Below are positions 45,906 through 64,000 of a stretch of 64,000 bases of DNA, in pieces. Every line of letters starts with the position of its first letter. Positions within the stretch are counted from its first letter, which is position 1. The DNA comes from the human T2T-CHM13v2.0 reference genome, Homo sapiens. Position numbers and translations under genes: made by a program. The stretch lies in assembly GCF_009914755.1 (NCBI RefSeq), contig NC_060944.1; one strand, 5' to 3'. The notes beneath the pieces were generated by a model that saw only the letters and a list, made by a program, of their open reading frames with translations, ran no database searches and was not told the origin of the DNA.

Positions 45906-46312
45906 CCCTATAGGAAAAAAACTGAGATGCATGAAACAGATGAAGTACAAAACACTGGTAATTGGAGCTGTATCACAGGTTTATAAGGGCTATTTACTAT
46001 GTTCCATGTACTTTTATTCTAAGAACTTCTCAAAATTAAAAATTACTTTAGACTCTGGACTACAATGTGTAAGTTTTTTTTAAGTTTCATAATAAAATGA
46101 GCCCAGTTGAACACTGATCCCCTTTCTGCTTTAATCCATAATATTCTTTTCTATCCAAAACTTTATTAGCTGTACAAAATGTTCCAAGATCACGGAACAA
46201 AGTTTGTCTTCTTCGCAAAGGCATGCTACCTGGTATGTAACCAACAGCATCAGCCTTCTGTGGATAAAAATGCACTAAAGACAGGGAAAGTCAGGAAGAA
46301 CAAAGTGGTTAC

Positions 46313-46397
46313 CAGGGAGGAATTCTGCCAGCCGAGAGCTTGCCCTTCTGCCCTTCACATAAGAGTCTGTTGGCAACCGAGACTGGGTTCTTGATTC
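46313..46397 (-). CDS. TASP1: Taspase-1 coding exon (probable exon 6, 85 nt, phase 1/2): (G)IKNPVSVANRLLCEGQKGKLSAGRIPP(C)
   Basis: T18-atag|GAATCAAGAACCCAGTC...ATTCCTCCCTG|gtaacc. Contains the IKNPV motif of the asparaginase-2 family and continues the frame of the upstream exon. Confidence 0.97.
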
Positions 46398-47652
46398 CTA
46401 TAAAAAAAAAAAAAAAAAATTGGCAAAAAAGATGTCAGAAATGTCTTCTAGTTTCCCACTCAGTTTTGCAGTTGTTTCAATAAAACAACTTGAATATATC
46501 TTGGAAATTCTTTTTCGATATATCAAATAATACTAATGAAAACCCTTAATAACCATGAGCAATAAGAGTTAAATCAAAAAATGTATGAAAACCTAGAAGA
46601 AAAGAACGAATATAAAATACATATTCTCATGTTTTGTCACGTGCTATAGAAGCAAAGGCTGAATTGAAATACTACATATTTAAATTAGGTTCCTTTTTAA
46701 TAGATTTCAGAATAGAGTTTTTAAAATGAACTGAAAATATGGTACTATCTTACTATCAAAACTATATACATGCTCCAGGCATTTAGTGACCACAAAACCA
46801 TAAATTCCTTTTAAAGAGTAAACATGATTATAAACAGCTTCAAATTGACCTTGGAGAGAAAAATTAATGGGGGAAAAATAAGCCAAAAATTTTAAATGTC
46901 ACCTACAAGAGAGACAGAACGGGGAAATGTCCTTCAAATTGGGTAAGGGTGGGAGAAGAGGCCAACTGTGTAAAAGATTGTAACCTAAAATGTGGTTCAG
47001 ATTCTTTCCAAGAGGCTAACCAGTATGTACAAGTGAGGTGATAGTGCTTATCCAGGAGAACTGACAGGACAGTTTTGAGTGTGATAAACACTGTCAGGAT
47101 GACAATGACAAAGACAATGACACTGATGACGACAATGATGATGATGGTGGAAGGCAATCAAAGTAACTATTTCCTAATGTGCTCCAGGCCCAGTGCCAAA
47201 TTCTTAAATCTATCGGATGAGTTAGCTGATCCTTCAATTCTGTCATGTAACCACACTTATTAATCCTATCTGATTAATGAGAAAACATTTATACAGAGGG
47301 TTAAGTTGCCTGCCCATGATCACAGCGCTGAGTTTTAACATGGAGGCAGCCAATATCGGAGACCATACCCTTCATCACTAATATACGCCTGCCTTTCAGG
47401 AAATGATTAATACAAACAAATCATCAGTGGAATATATAAAGAGACTACAAAAATTTAAATTAAGGCCAACAGACTCCAAGAAAAACCAATTGTAGAAATG
47501 TAGCTCAATACCAAATCTTCCACAAAAAAAGTATGAAATACAAAAAAAAAAAAAAAGAAAAGCCCAAATCAGATCCCTTTACTAGTTCTTAAAACAATAT
47601 AGTTCTAGATGTGATGATTCAATATTGTAAAGACATTCATCTTTTCCAAGTT

Positions 47653-47863
47653 AACTTATAAATCCAAATCTTTACTCCAACTTATAAATCCAATTTATAA
47701 CTTTATATTGTTTACAAATTAACAATTTATGTTATAAATGTATAACTTATAACTTATAAATTTATAACTTATAACTTATAAATTGGATTTATAAGTTATA
47801 AGTTACAACTTATACATTTATAACACAACTTATAAATCCAATTTATAACTTATAAATCCAATT
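47653..47863. repeat. AT-rich patchwork of direct and inverted copies of aacttataaatccaatt inside an old L1
   Basis: Four forward copies, one inverted copy and ttataac subrepeats. Confidence 0.9.
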
Positions 47864-48180
47864 CTCCATCAAAACTTCAAAATGATTTCCAGGATACATA
47901 AGAAGCTGACTCTTAATCAGAAAAATAAAACTTTGAAAAAGAAAAATGAAGAGTTATTTACCCTGCAAGATATCATTTTTTTATTTGAAGCTATTCTAAT
48001 TAAAAAACAGTGGTTTGAGTACAAAATAAAGAAATGTCAATGAAATAGAATAAAGCTAAAGTTCAGAAACAAACACTTTTGAATTTAGGTATTTAATATT
48101 TCAAATCAGTAGGAAAAGGATAAACTACATATAAGAGGGAGAAAGAACACAAAGGTAAAAGCCTAGGAGTCAGACTACTT

Positions 48181-48989
48181 TGTAACTGTTCCAGTTAACC
48201 GGTTTATTGCTTCTCAGCTACAAATTCACCCTTTATTGCCTGATGTGTGAAAATGGATATGGGCCCTCTAAGTACGTTTCCTTTGCCAGCTAGCACAATA
48301 GGTAAGCTTTGTCAGTAGAGGACACTAAAGAAACACTGTAGGAGGAAAGTGTTGTCTTGCGCACCAGGCTTCACTTCTGACCAATGTGGTACTCTCCTGT
48401 ACTAAGTGCCCACAGGGAGCAGCTTTCTCCAGCATTTGAACACCACGTTTTCTCCAGCTCCTGATTTGTGCCACAGCAGCATAGCTGAGAGCTCCAGAAA
48501 GAATGAGACCATACTCCAATTCAGGTCATTGATACCCACACCCACTCCTCAGCCCCATAGGCACACATAGCAAGTGTTCCACGGGGTGCCTGCGTAGTGA
48601 GCCAAAGCCCAATCTTTATCCTGCCCAAGGGAGGTTTAATTCTCACAGCATCTTGACCTCTGTGTGCCCACCTACCAGCCTGAGCTTGCCTCTGCCTCAC
48701 AGGATTGATCCTACTCACACAATGACTGTAGACCAGCTCTGGCCTGGGTAACCCAGCAACTTCTCTGCCATACAGTGAATGATAGCCACACCTTCTTCAA
48801 TGACGTCTAAACGTACTTCCAAACGTGTTCTTCTTTGGGTATTCTCTCTCTGCCCTAGGATACATTTTTGAGTTCTCGTCCCATGTTTATAGAGTTACTC
48901 TTCAATCACTGCTTAATAACTCTTTATATTAAACTTCTATTTAAACTATGGTATGGTTTCTGTCTTCTAGTTTTACCCAGACTAATACA
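48181..48989 (+). mobile_element. ERVL solo LTR (LTR41-like) inserted in a MIR
   Basis: tgtaactgttccag ... gactaataca with TG..CA ends and attaaa near the 3' end. MIR core (ctcagtttcctcatctgtaaa) resumes at about 49000. Confidence 0.7.
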
Positions 48990-49217
48990 ATGTCCTTGGA
49001 CAAACTACTAAATCTCTCTTGTGTCTCAGTTTCCTCATCTGTAAAGCATAGACCTCATGAGCGTATTGTGAGAATTAAATGATTTAAAAGCATAGACCTC
49101 AAAATGGTATTACATAGGATAAAAGCATAGGCCTCATAACGGTATTACATAGGATAAAAGCATAGGCCTCATAAGGGTATCGTGAGAACTAAATGATTTA
49201 AAATATGTAAACCACTG

Positions 49218-49555
<338 letters not shown>

Positions 49556-49949
49556 TTACTGTCATTTAACAAACTGTACTTATTGTTATTCAATTAACTA
49601 TGTAGGAACAATTTGAAGTCATTTCAGAAAAAAATGCATTCAAGAGGTAAATGAAAAATAAACTATACATATGTTAGAAGAAAATACAAGTAAATTGTGC
49701 TTATAAATTATGAGAGACTTTAAGAAATACAAAATACAAAAGCCACAAAAGAGAAAGTAGTAAGTTTGACAAACAAAAATGTTTAATTCCAATATGATTA
49801 AGGACATTTATAAACAGGGTTAAAACGCAAGCCACACAAGAGGTATGAACAGGTAGTACACAGAGAAATGCTAATGGCCTTCAAACACACGAAATTTTAT
49901 TAAATACCAATAAAACTGCATAATAAGAGAAACTAAAATTAAAACTAAT

Positions 49950-52110
<2,161 letters not shown>

Positions 52111-52667
52111 ATGAATTATAAAACATGAGACATATCTTTTATGTACTGATGTGGAAAAAATCTCCAAAAGATTATATTTAAATCTAAAAAGTTTATAATA
52201 ATTAACACATTTATTTTTTAAGAAAACAAATACAGGCACAAAATAAAACTGTGTTTCTGTTACATAAAAATATAGATAAAAGCACTGGATTTTTACTGGT
52301 TAAACCCCACGGGGAAAGGAAATGAGAAAGAAAAGATCTTTTGGAGGATCAAAGGTAAATTTTATTTATATTACCTGAAATTTTTTACAACAAAAAATAT
52401 AGTGTGTATTTCAAATTGTAAAATTAATATTCTAAATCATGTCTTAAATGTCTTTAATCTCTTCAAGGGATACAGGAGAATGATCAAATTCAAACCAAAA
52501 ACTACTTATAACTAAGACTGTATGTTTTAAATTCAATAAAAAAAGAACATTTGTTTTAAACACTATTCCAAGCAGAAATGGTGAAAAAGACTGTAATCAT
52601 CTTTAGAAGGCATGAAATGGTCACGTGCATGATTTTCCAAAGATAGTAGGTCATAATGCCCACATAC

Positions 52668-52788
52668 CACTCAGTGCTCCAACTGCTCCAAAATTTAAGG
52701 ATTTTCCATCCATTATGCTGGCATCACACTCAATTTCACCTAACAGATTTAGATTAGATCCCATTCCTGCATTTGTAAAAGGAGAATC
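52668..52788 (-). CDS. TASP1: Taspase-1 coding exon (probable exon 5, 121 nt, phase 0 in / phase 1 out): [40 protein letters not shown](G)
   Basis: The minus strand reads ttttag|GATTCTCCTTTTACAAATGCAGGAATG...GCACTGAGTG|gtatgt. The translation carries the type-2 asparaginase/Ntn-hydrolase motifs NAG.G and E.DASIMDG and matches the taspase-1 sequence as I recall it. Missed by the ORF track. Confidence 0.97.
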
Positions 52789-53261
52789 CTAAAAGACAAA
52801 AACAAAAATTAAAATATCATTAGTCTTAAAAAAAGTATTAATGTCAGTCCTTCATGAAATTTTCTAAAAGCTAGAAGGTGAGAGAATACTTTCCAACACA
52901 TAGTATGATGCCAATACCACCCTGATGTTAAAACATGACAAAGATATCAGCAGCAAAGTACAGATCAATATACTTTGTAAATATTGACCAAAAAAACATC
53001 AAAGAAATAGCAGCAAAACAAATCCAGCAAAATATAAAAAGGACTGTATATCACAAACAAGAGGAAAGTAAGATTGGTTTAATATCTGAAAATCAATGTA
53101 ATACCCTGTATTAATAAAATACAGGGAAAAAAACATGATTGTATCAAAAAAAAAACACAGAAAAAAGGCATCTGACAAAATCCAACACCCTTTCATGAGA
53201 AAAACAGAAAACTAGATAAGGGAACTTCTTAACTTGACAAAGGGGATCAATGAAAAGGCCA

Positions 53262-53512
53262 GGCCAGGCGCAGTGGCTCACACCTGTAATCCCAACACTT
53301 AGGGAGGCCAAGGTGGAAGGATCACTTGAGCCTAGCTGTTCAAGACCACTCTGGGCAACACAGTGAGACACCATCTATACAAAAAAATTTAAAACTTAGC
53401 CAGGTGTGGTGGTATGCATCTGTGGTGCCAGCTGCTCGGGAGGCTGAGGTTGGAGATCACTGAAGCCTAGGAGATTGAGGCTCCAGCAAACCATAATTAC
53501 GCCAAAAAAAAA
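53262..53512 (+). mobile_element. AluJ, 3'-shortened
   Basis: ggaaggatcacttgagcct J diagnostics. Confidence 0.88.
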
Positions 53513-53670
53513 GTCCAGAGTTAACATTATAATTAATGGTGAAAGACTGGATGCCTTCCCCTAAGATCAGGAACAAGACAAGGATATCCACTCTCAGTAC
53601 CTATTCACCAATATACTGTACAATCTAACCAGACAATTAGACAAAAAGGAGAAAGAAAGAAAGGAAGAAA

Positions 53671-53775
53671 GGAAGGAAGGAAGGAAGGAAGGAAGGAAGG
53701 AAGGAAGGAAGGAAGGAAGGAAGAGAAAGAAAAGGAAGGAAGGAAGGAAGGAAGGAAGGAAGGTAGGTAGGTAGG
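53671..53775 (+). repeat. (GGAA)13 + (GGAA)7 + (GGTA)3 microsatellite
   Basis: Direct count: 53671-53722 and 53734-53761. Confidence 0.95.
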
Positions 53776-54471
53776 TCTAGATTGGAAAAGAAGAAGTAAA
53801 ATTGTCTGTTTCAAGATAACATGACGCTGTATGTAGAAAATCCTAAAGAATCCACTAAAAAAAAATTAGAATTAATAAGTTTAGGAAGGTTGCAGGATAT
53901 GAGATTAATGTGCAAAAATCAATTGGATTTTTATATATTAGCGATAAACAATCTAAAAATGAAATCAAGAAAATCTCACAATAACATCAAAAACAAAAAA
54001 ACAGAAATACATTTTTAAAAGAAGTATAAGACTTGTATGCTAAAAACTGTAAAACACATTGAAAAAATTTTTAATTCAATACCTAAATAGGTGGAAAACA
54101 TTCTATGTACGTGGACCAGAAGGCTTAATGTTGTTACAATGGCAATACTCCCCAAATCAATCTAATTCAAAATAATCCTTTATCAAATCCTAGCTACTTT
54201 TTTTGGCAGAAACTGACAGGCTGATCCTAAAATTCATATGGAAATGCAAGAGACGCAGAATAACCAAAACAATCTTGAAAAGAACAGAACTGAAGGACTC
54301 ATACTTACTACAAAACTACAGTAATCAAGACAGTGTAATATAGACATATAGCTAAGGATAGATATATAAATTGATATAATAGAAATGAGAATCCAGAAAT
54401 AATACACCCTTATAATCAATTCAACAAGGTTGCCACAACAATTCAATAAAGAAGGTATAGTCTTTCGTGGG

Positions 54472-54771
54472 TTTTTTTTTTTTTTTTTTGAGATGGAGTC
54501 TTGCTCTGTTGCGCAGGCTGGAGTGCAGTGGTGTGATCTCGGCTCACTGCGAGCTCTGCCTCCTGGGTTCACGCCATTCTCCTGCCTCAGCCTCTTGAGT
54601 AGGTGGGACTACAGCCACCCACTACCATGCCCAGCTAATTTTTTGTATTTTTAGTAGAGACAGGGTTTTCACCGTGTTAGCCAGGATGGTCTCGATCTCC
54701 TGACCTCGTGATCCACCCGCCTCAGCCTCCCAAAGTGCTGGGATTACAGGCATGAGCCACCGCGCCTGGCC
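54472..54771 (-). mobile_element. AluY-like, full length
   Basis: gggttcacgccattctcc and ccgtgttagccaggatggtctcgatc. TSD agaaggtatagtcttt. Confidence 0.93.
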
Positions 54772-55363
54772 AGAAGGTATAGTCTTTTCAATAAATGGTA
54801 CTGGGACAATTAGATAGCCACATGTAAGAAAATGAAGTTGGACCCCTATCTCACACCATGTATAAAAATTAACTCAAAGTGGACCAAAGCCCTGTATGTA
54901 AGAGCTAAAACTACCTAACTCTTCAAAGAAAACATAACAACAAATGTTCATAACCTTGGATAACAAAATAGTTTCAGATTTGACACCAAAAATACAACCA
55001 AAGAAAAAACTAGGTAAATAGGACTTCATCAAAATTTAAAACTTTTATTTCAAAGGACACCATAAAGAAAATAGGGGGAAAAAAACACAAAATGGAAGAA
55101 AAAATTTCAAGCCATGTATCTAATAAGGGATTTATATCCAGAATATATATTTAAAAAAATTCTACAGCTCTAAAACAAAAAGATGACACAATTTAAAAAT
55201 GGGAAAAGAATATGAATTAACATTTCTCCAAATAAGATATATAAATCAACAGCAAGCACATGAAAAGATGTTCATGCCATTGTACTCTAGCCTGGGCAAC
55301 AAAGTGAGACCCTGTCTCTAAAAAATAAATAGATAAAAATCAATTCTAAAAACAGAAAAATGT

Positions 55364-55660
55364 GGCCAGCCATGGTGGCTCACACCTGTAATCCCAGCAC
55401 TTTGGGAGGCCGAGGCAGGCAGATCACTTGAGGCCAGGACTTCAAAACAAGCCTGGCCAACATGGTGAGAACCTGTCTCTACTAACAATACAAAAATCAG
55501 CTGGACATGGTGGTGGTCATCTGTAATCGCAGCTACTCAGGAGGCTGAGGCACGAGAATCGCTTGAACCCAGGAGGCAGAGGTTGTAGTGAGCCAAGATC
55601 TTGCACCACTGCACTCCAGCCTGGGTGACAGGGCGAGACTCTGTCTCAAAAAAAGAAAAA
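55364..55660 (+). mobile_element. AluS, preceded by a short Alu 3' fragment at about 55275-55335
   Basis: TSD agaaaaatgt. Confidence 0.92.
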
Positions 55661-55999
55661 GAAAAATGTTCAACATCTTTTGTCATCAGGAAAAGGCAAA
55701 TCAAAACCCACAACAAAATACTACTTCAAACCCACAAGGATGGCTATAATCATACAGATAACAACACATGTTGGGAAGGATGTACGGACATGCAAGTAAG
55801 CAGAATAATATGGCCCACAACCAGAATAAATACCAAATAATAACAAACGCAGAAATGACAACAATGACCGAATTAGCAAACAATTTTAATGTTAGCTAAC
55901 AATGTTAAACTCGATCATATAAACATACTCTATATGTTCAGGTAGGTATATGAAAGCATTAGCAAAAGAAGGAAAGAAAACACAACTGTAAAAATTTTT

Positions 56000-56311
<312 letters not shown>

Positions 56312-57530
56312 TTAGAGATGAAGTAGACAATAATTTAAGGTAAAGGCACTTTGAAAATGGTTAACAGTAAATTTGGCACTGCAGAAGAAAATAGCAATAA
56401 ACGTAATAATACAGCAATAAAAATTATCCAAATAAATGACAAAGTGAAAAAAATACTAAGAAAAGGAAAAAGAAGAAAAAGAAAAGGAGGAGGAAAAGAA
56501 AGAAAAAAACAGTACTGGAGAAGAATGGGAAATATCAAATGATCCAACATGCACGTAACTGGAGTCCCAAATAAAAGTAGACAAATGGATGAACAATAAA
56601 AATATTAGCCAAAAATTATCCAAACTTAATAAACACTATGAACATACAAATCCAAGAAGCTCAACAATCCCCAAATAAAAGAAATATGAATAAAAATACA
56701 ACAGAGTACATCATAATCAAAATGCTGAAAACCAGCAATAAAATCTTAAGAGCAACAAGAGCAAAAAGACACATGTGAAAATGAACAAAAATATTAAAGC
56801 AGATTTCTGGTCAGAAACAATGCAAGACAGAAGACAATGGAGTAATCTCTTTAAAGAACTAAGAGAGGAAACAAACTAAAAACTGAGAAAACTACAAAAT
56901 GTCTTCATTAAGTAAAGGCAAAATAAAGACTTCTTCAGACACATAAAAATTGGGATAATTTTTCACCAGCAAACCTACACTATAAGTAATGTTAAAGGAT
57001 ATTCTACAGGCCAAACAAAAAAGACACCACATGTAAATCTGGGATATGCAAAAGAATGCAAGTGATTAATACTCTAAATAAGTGGGAAGATATAAAGAAC
57101 TTTTATCTCATTTTCAAAGTGTTTCAAATGATAATTGTTTAAAGCAAAAATACTAACAATGTATCATGGGGTTTATAACATATACAGGTGCAAACTATAG
57201 GGCACAAGTAGCACAAAGATTGTGAGGAATGAATGGAAGTGTAATGTTACAAGCTTCTGACATTATACATGAAGGCCTATAATATTAATATAATTTGAAA
57301 GTAGACTATGATAATCCAAAAGTGTATTTTGCAAATGGTAGGGCAACTACTAAAAAAATAAAAGAAGTATAGCTAATAGGACAAAAGTGGAGAAAAAAAT
57401 GGTTCATTTTTTTTAAATCCTCAAAAGATAGCATAAGAAGAAGAAATAAGAACAAAGTAGAGATGAAAGGAATAGAAAATAACGAGATGATTGCTTTATA
57501 TGCAGCCATATCAACAATTACATTAAATTT

Positions 57531-57825
<295 letters not shown>

Positions 57826-58750
57826 ATTATATTCAAATTGTCTAAGCACTTGAATTAGAGGCTCACTGACTGTCAGAAAACTTTACAAGAAACTGTACTT
57901 AATTATAAGAGCATAGACAGCTAAAAGTAAAAGCATATTAGGAGATATTACCAAAAATATATCAAAACATCCCTTCTCTCATTGCTCATATTAGTGATGT
58001 CTGACTCTTCTTTTACATTCCTAATCAGTCTGGCTTGATGTTGATAAATTTTATTAATCTTTTAAAGAACTAACTTAACTATTGGTTTGGTTGACTTTCT
58101 GTTTTCTATTTCATTGATTTCTACTTTTTTTCTTTTGTATAATTTTTTTTCTTTTTGTATACTTTGGATATGACATGCTTCTCTTTTTCTAGTTTCTTAA
58201 AATGATAGGTTAAGTAACTGATTTGAGATCTTCCTTCTTTTCTAATAAGCAATGAATGCTACAAATTTCTTCAGAATGAGGAACATCATCCCTCTTGAAT
58301 ATACATGCAAAAATCCTTAACAAAATATTAACAAATCTAATCCAGCAATATATAAAAAGAACAATACATTATAGCCAAGTGAAATACATCCCAGTAATAC
58401 AAGACTAGTCCAACATTAGAAAATCAATTAACAGACCAGGAAAAATCACAAGATCATATCAATACTTGCTGCAAAAACATCCTAAAAATAATTCAGTATC
58501 CATTCATGATGTTAAAAACTCTCAGAAATCCAGGAATAGAGGAGAATTTCCTTAACTTAATTAACTTAAAAATGATAATACATCATAACCAAGTAGCGTT
58601 TATTCCAGAAATGCAGGGCTGATTAAACAGTTAAAAAAAAATCACCTTCCATTCCATGATGGCCAAATAGGAACAGCTCCGGTCTGCAGCTCCCAACATG
58701 ACCAATGCAGAAGACAAGTGATTTCTGCATTTCCAATTGAGGTACCTGGT

Positions 58751-59077
58751 TCATCTCACTGGGACTGGTTGGACAGTGGGTGGAGGCCACGGAGGGTGAG
58801 CCGAAGCTGGGTGGGGCATCGCCTCACCCAGGAAGCACAAGGGGTCGGAGGATTTCCCTTTGACAGTCTGCCATGACAGACTGTACCTGGAAAAACAGGA
58901 CACTCCTGACCAAATACTGTGCTTTTCCCATGGTCTTAGCAGCCGGCAGACCAGGAGATTCTCTCCCATGCCTGGCTCGGCAGGTCCCACACCCATGGAG
59001 CCTTGCTCACTACTAGCGCAGCAGTCTGAGATCAACCTGCGAGGCTGCAGCCTGGTGCGGGAAGGGGCGTCCACCAT
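58751..59077 (-). other. L1 ORF0 homologue (antisense ORF in the 5' UTR), open for 108 codons
   Basis: MVDAPSRTRLQPRRLISDCCASSEQGSMGVGPAEPG...FSR aligns by eye to L1HS ORF0 (MAGAPPPASLPPCSLISDCCASNQRDSVGVGPSEPG...FSR). ATG context gcaATGg. Confidence 0.75.
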
Positions 59078-59677
59078 TGCTGAGGCTTGAATAGGTAAAC
59101 GAAGTGGCTGGGAAGCTCGAACTGGGTGGAGCCCACCGCAGCTCAGCAAGGCCTACTGCCTCTACAAACTCCACCTCTGTGGGGAGGGCATAGCTGAACA
59201 AAAGGCAGCAGAAACTTCTGCAGACTTAAACGTCCCTGTCTGATAGCTCTAAAGAGAGCAGTGGTTCTCCCAGCATTTCATTTCAGCTCTGAGAACGAAC
59301 AGACTGCCTCCTCAAGTGGGTCTCTGAGCCCCGTGTAGCCTAACTGGAAGACACCTCCCAGTAGGGGCTGACAGACACCTCATACAGGTGGGTGCCCCTC
59401 TGAGATGTAGCTTCCAGAGAAAGGATCAGGTAGCAATATTTGCCATTCTGCAATATTTGCTGTTCTGCAGCCTCTGCTGGTGATACCCAGGCAAACAGGG
59501 TCTGGAGTGGACCTCTAGCAAATTCCAACAGACCTGCAGCTGAGGGACATGACTGTTAGAAGGAAAACTAACAAACAGAAAGAAATAGCATCAACATCAA
59601 CAAAAAGGACATCCACACCAAAAACCCCATCTGTAGGTCACCAACATCAAAGACAAAAGGTAGATAAAACCACAAAG

Positions 59678-60699
59678 ATGAGGAGAAACCAGAGCAGAAA
59701 AACTGAATATTCTAAAAACCAGAGCGCCTCTTCTCCAAAGGATCACAGCTCTTCGCCAGCAATGGAACAAAGCTGGATGGAGAATGACTTTGAGGAGATG
59801 ACAGAAGTAGGCTTCAGAAGGTCGGTAATAACAAACTTCTCCGAGCTAAAGGAGCATGTTCTAACACATCGCAAAAAGCTAAAAACCTTGAAAAAAGGTT
59901 AGACAAATGGCTAACTAGAATAAACAGTGTAGAAAAGACCTTAAATGACCTGATGGAGCTGAAAACCATGGCATGAGAACTTTGTGACACACGCACAATC
60001 TTCAATAGCTGATTCAATCAAGTGGAAAAAAGGATATCAGTGATTGAAGATTAAATTAATGAAATAAAGTGAGAAGACAAGAATAGAGAAAAAAGAGTAA
60101 AAAGAAACAAACAAAGCCTTCAAGAAATATGGGACTATGTGAAAAGACCAAATCTACGTCTGATTGGTATACCTCAAAGTGACAGGCAGAATGGAACCAA
60201 CTTGGAAAACACTCTTCAGGATATCATCCAGGAGAACTTCCCCAACCTAGCAAGGCAGGCCAACATTCAAATCCAGGAAATACAGAGAACACCACAAAGA
60301 TACTCCTCGAGAAGAGCAACTCCAAGACACATAATTGTCAGATTCACCAAGGTTGAAATGAAGGAAAAAATGTTAAGGGCAGCCAGAAAGAAATGTCAGG
60401 TTACCCACAAAGGGAAGCCCATCAGACTAACAGCTGATTTCTTGGTGGAAACCCTACAAGCCAGAAGAGAGTGGGGGCCAATATTCAACATTCTTAAAGA
60501 AAAGAATTTTCAACTCAGAATTTCATATCCAGCCAAACTAAGCTTCCTAAGTGAAGGAGAAATAAAATCCTTTACAGACAAGCAAATGCTGAGAGATTTT
60601 GTCACCACCAGGCCTGCCTTACAAGAACTCCTGAAGGAAGCACTAAACATGGAAAGGAACAACCAGTACCAGGCACTGCAAAAACATGCCAAATTGTAA
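59678..60699 (+). pseudogene. L1 ORF1p, disrupted
   Basis: MRRNQSRK..SKNQSASSP start. C-terminal KRPNLRLIG...QKHAKL* is intact, with frameshift and stops between about 59730 and 60070. Confidence 0.93.
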
Positions 60700-60761
60700 A
60701 GACCATCAATGCTATGAAGAAACTGTATCAATTAACGGCAAAATAACCAGCTAACATCATA

Positions 60762-64000
<3,239 letters not shown>

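Noticed and set aside
49042-49203. CRISPR-like repeat-spacer array
   Set aside because: The spacers are themselves duplicated, the context is a primate MIR, and there are no cas genes.

Overview
Primate, almost certainly human, genomic DNA from the middle of the TASP1 (taspase-1, threonine aspartase) gene, which is transcribed on the minus strand. Four coding exons are present: 52668-52788, 46313-46397, 34930-35009 and 24431-24537. All have canonical AG/GT ends and splice into one open frame, [10 protein letters not shown]...KKRRQSSEK, roughly residues 95-225 and probably exons 5-8. The rest is intron filled with transposon fossils: about 25 Alus, many old L1 and L2 fragments, Tigger1, a Tigger6-like and a Charlie1-like DNA transposon, and MaLR/ERVL LTRs. 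A near full-length but inactivated L1PA6-like element starts at about 58650 and runs off the window. Nearly all ORF-track entries are repeat-derived noise. I cannot demonstrate a new biological system from sequence alone. The best testable leads are: (1) an open L1 ORF0 pointing into TASP1 that could splice in frame to the 52.7-kb exon; (2) a 393-nt four-exon block bracketed by inverted Alus that would form a stop-free circular ORF; (3) several template-switch or fold-back scars; (4) a CTCF/ETS/AP-1 motif cluster at about 12.1 kb. Repeat subfamily names, exon numbers and residue numbers come from recalled consensus sequences, not from a database search.
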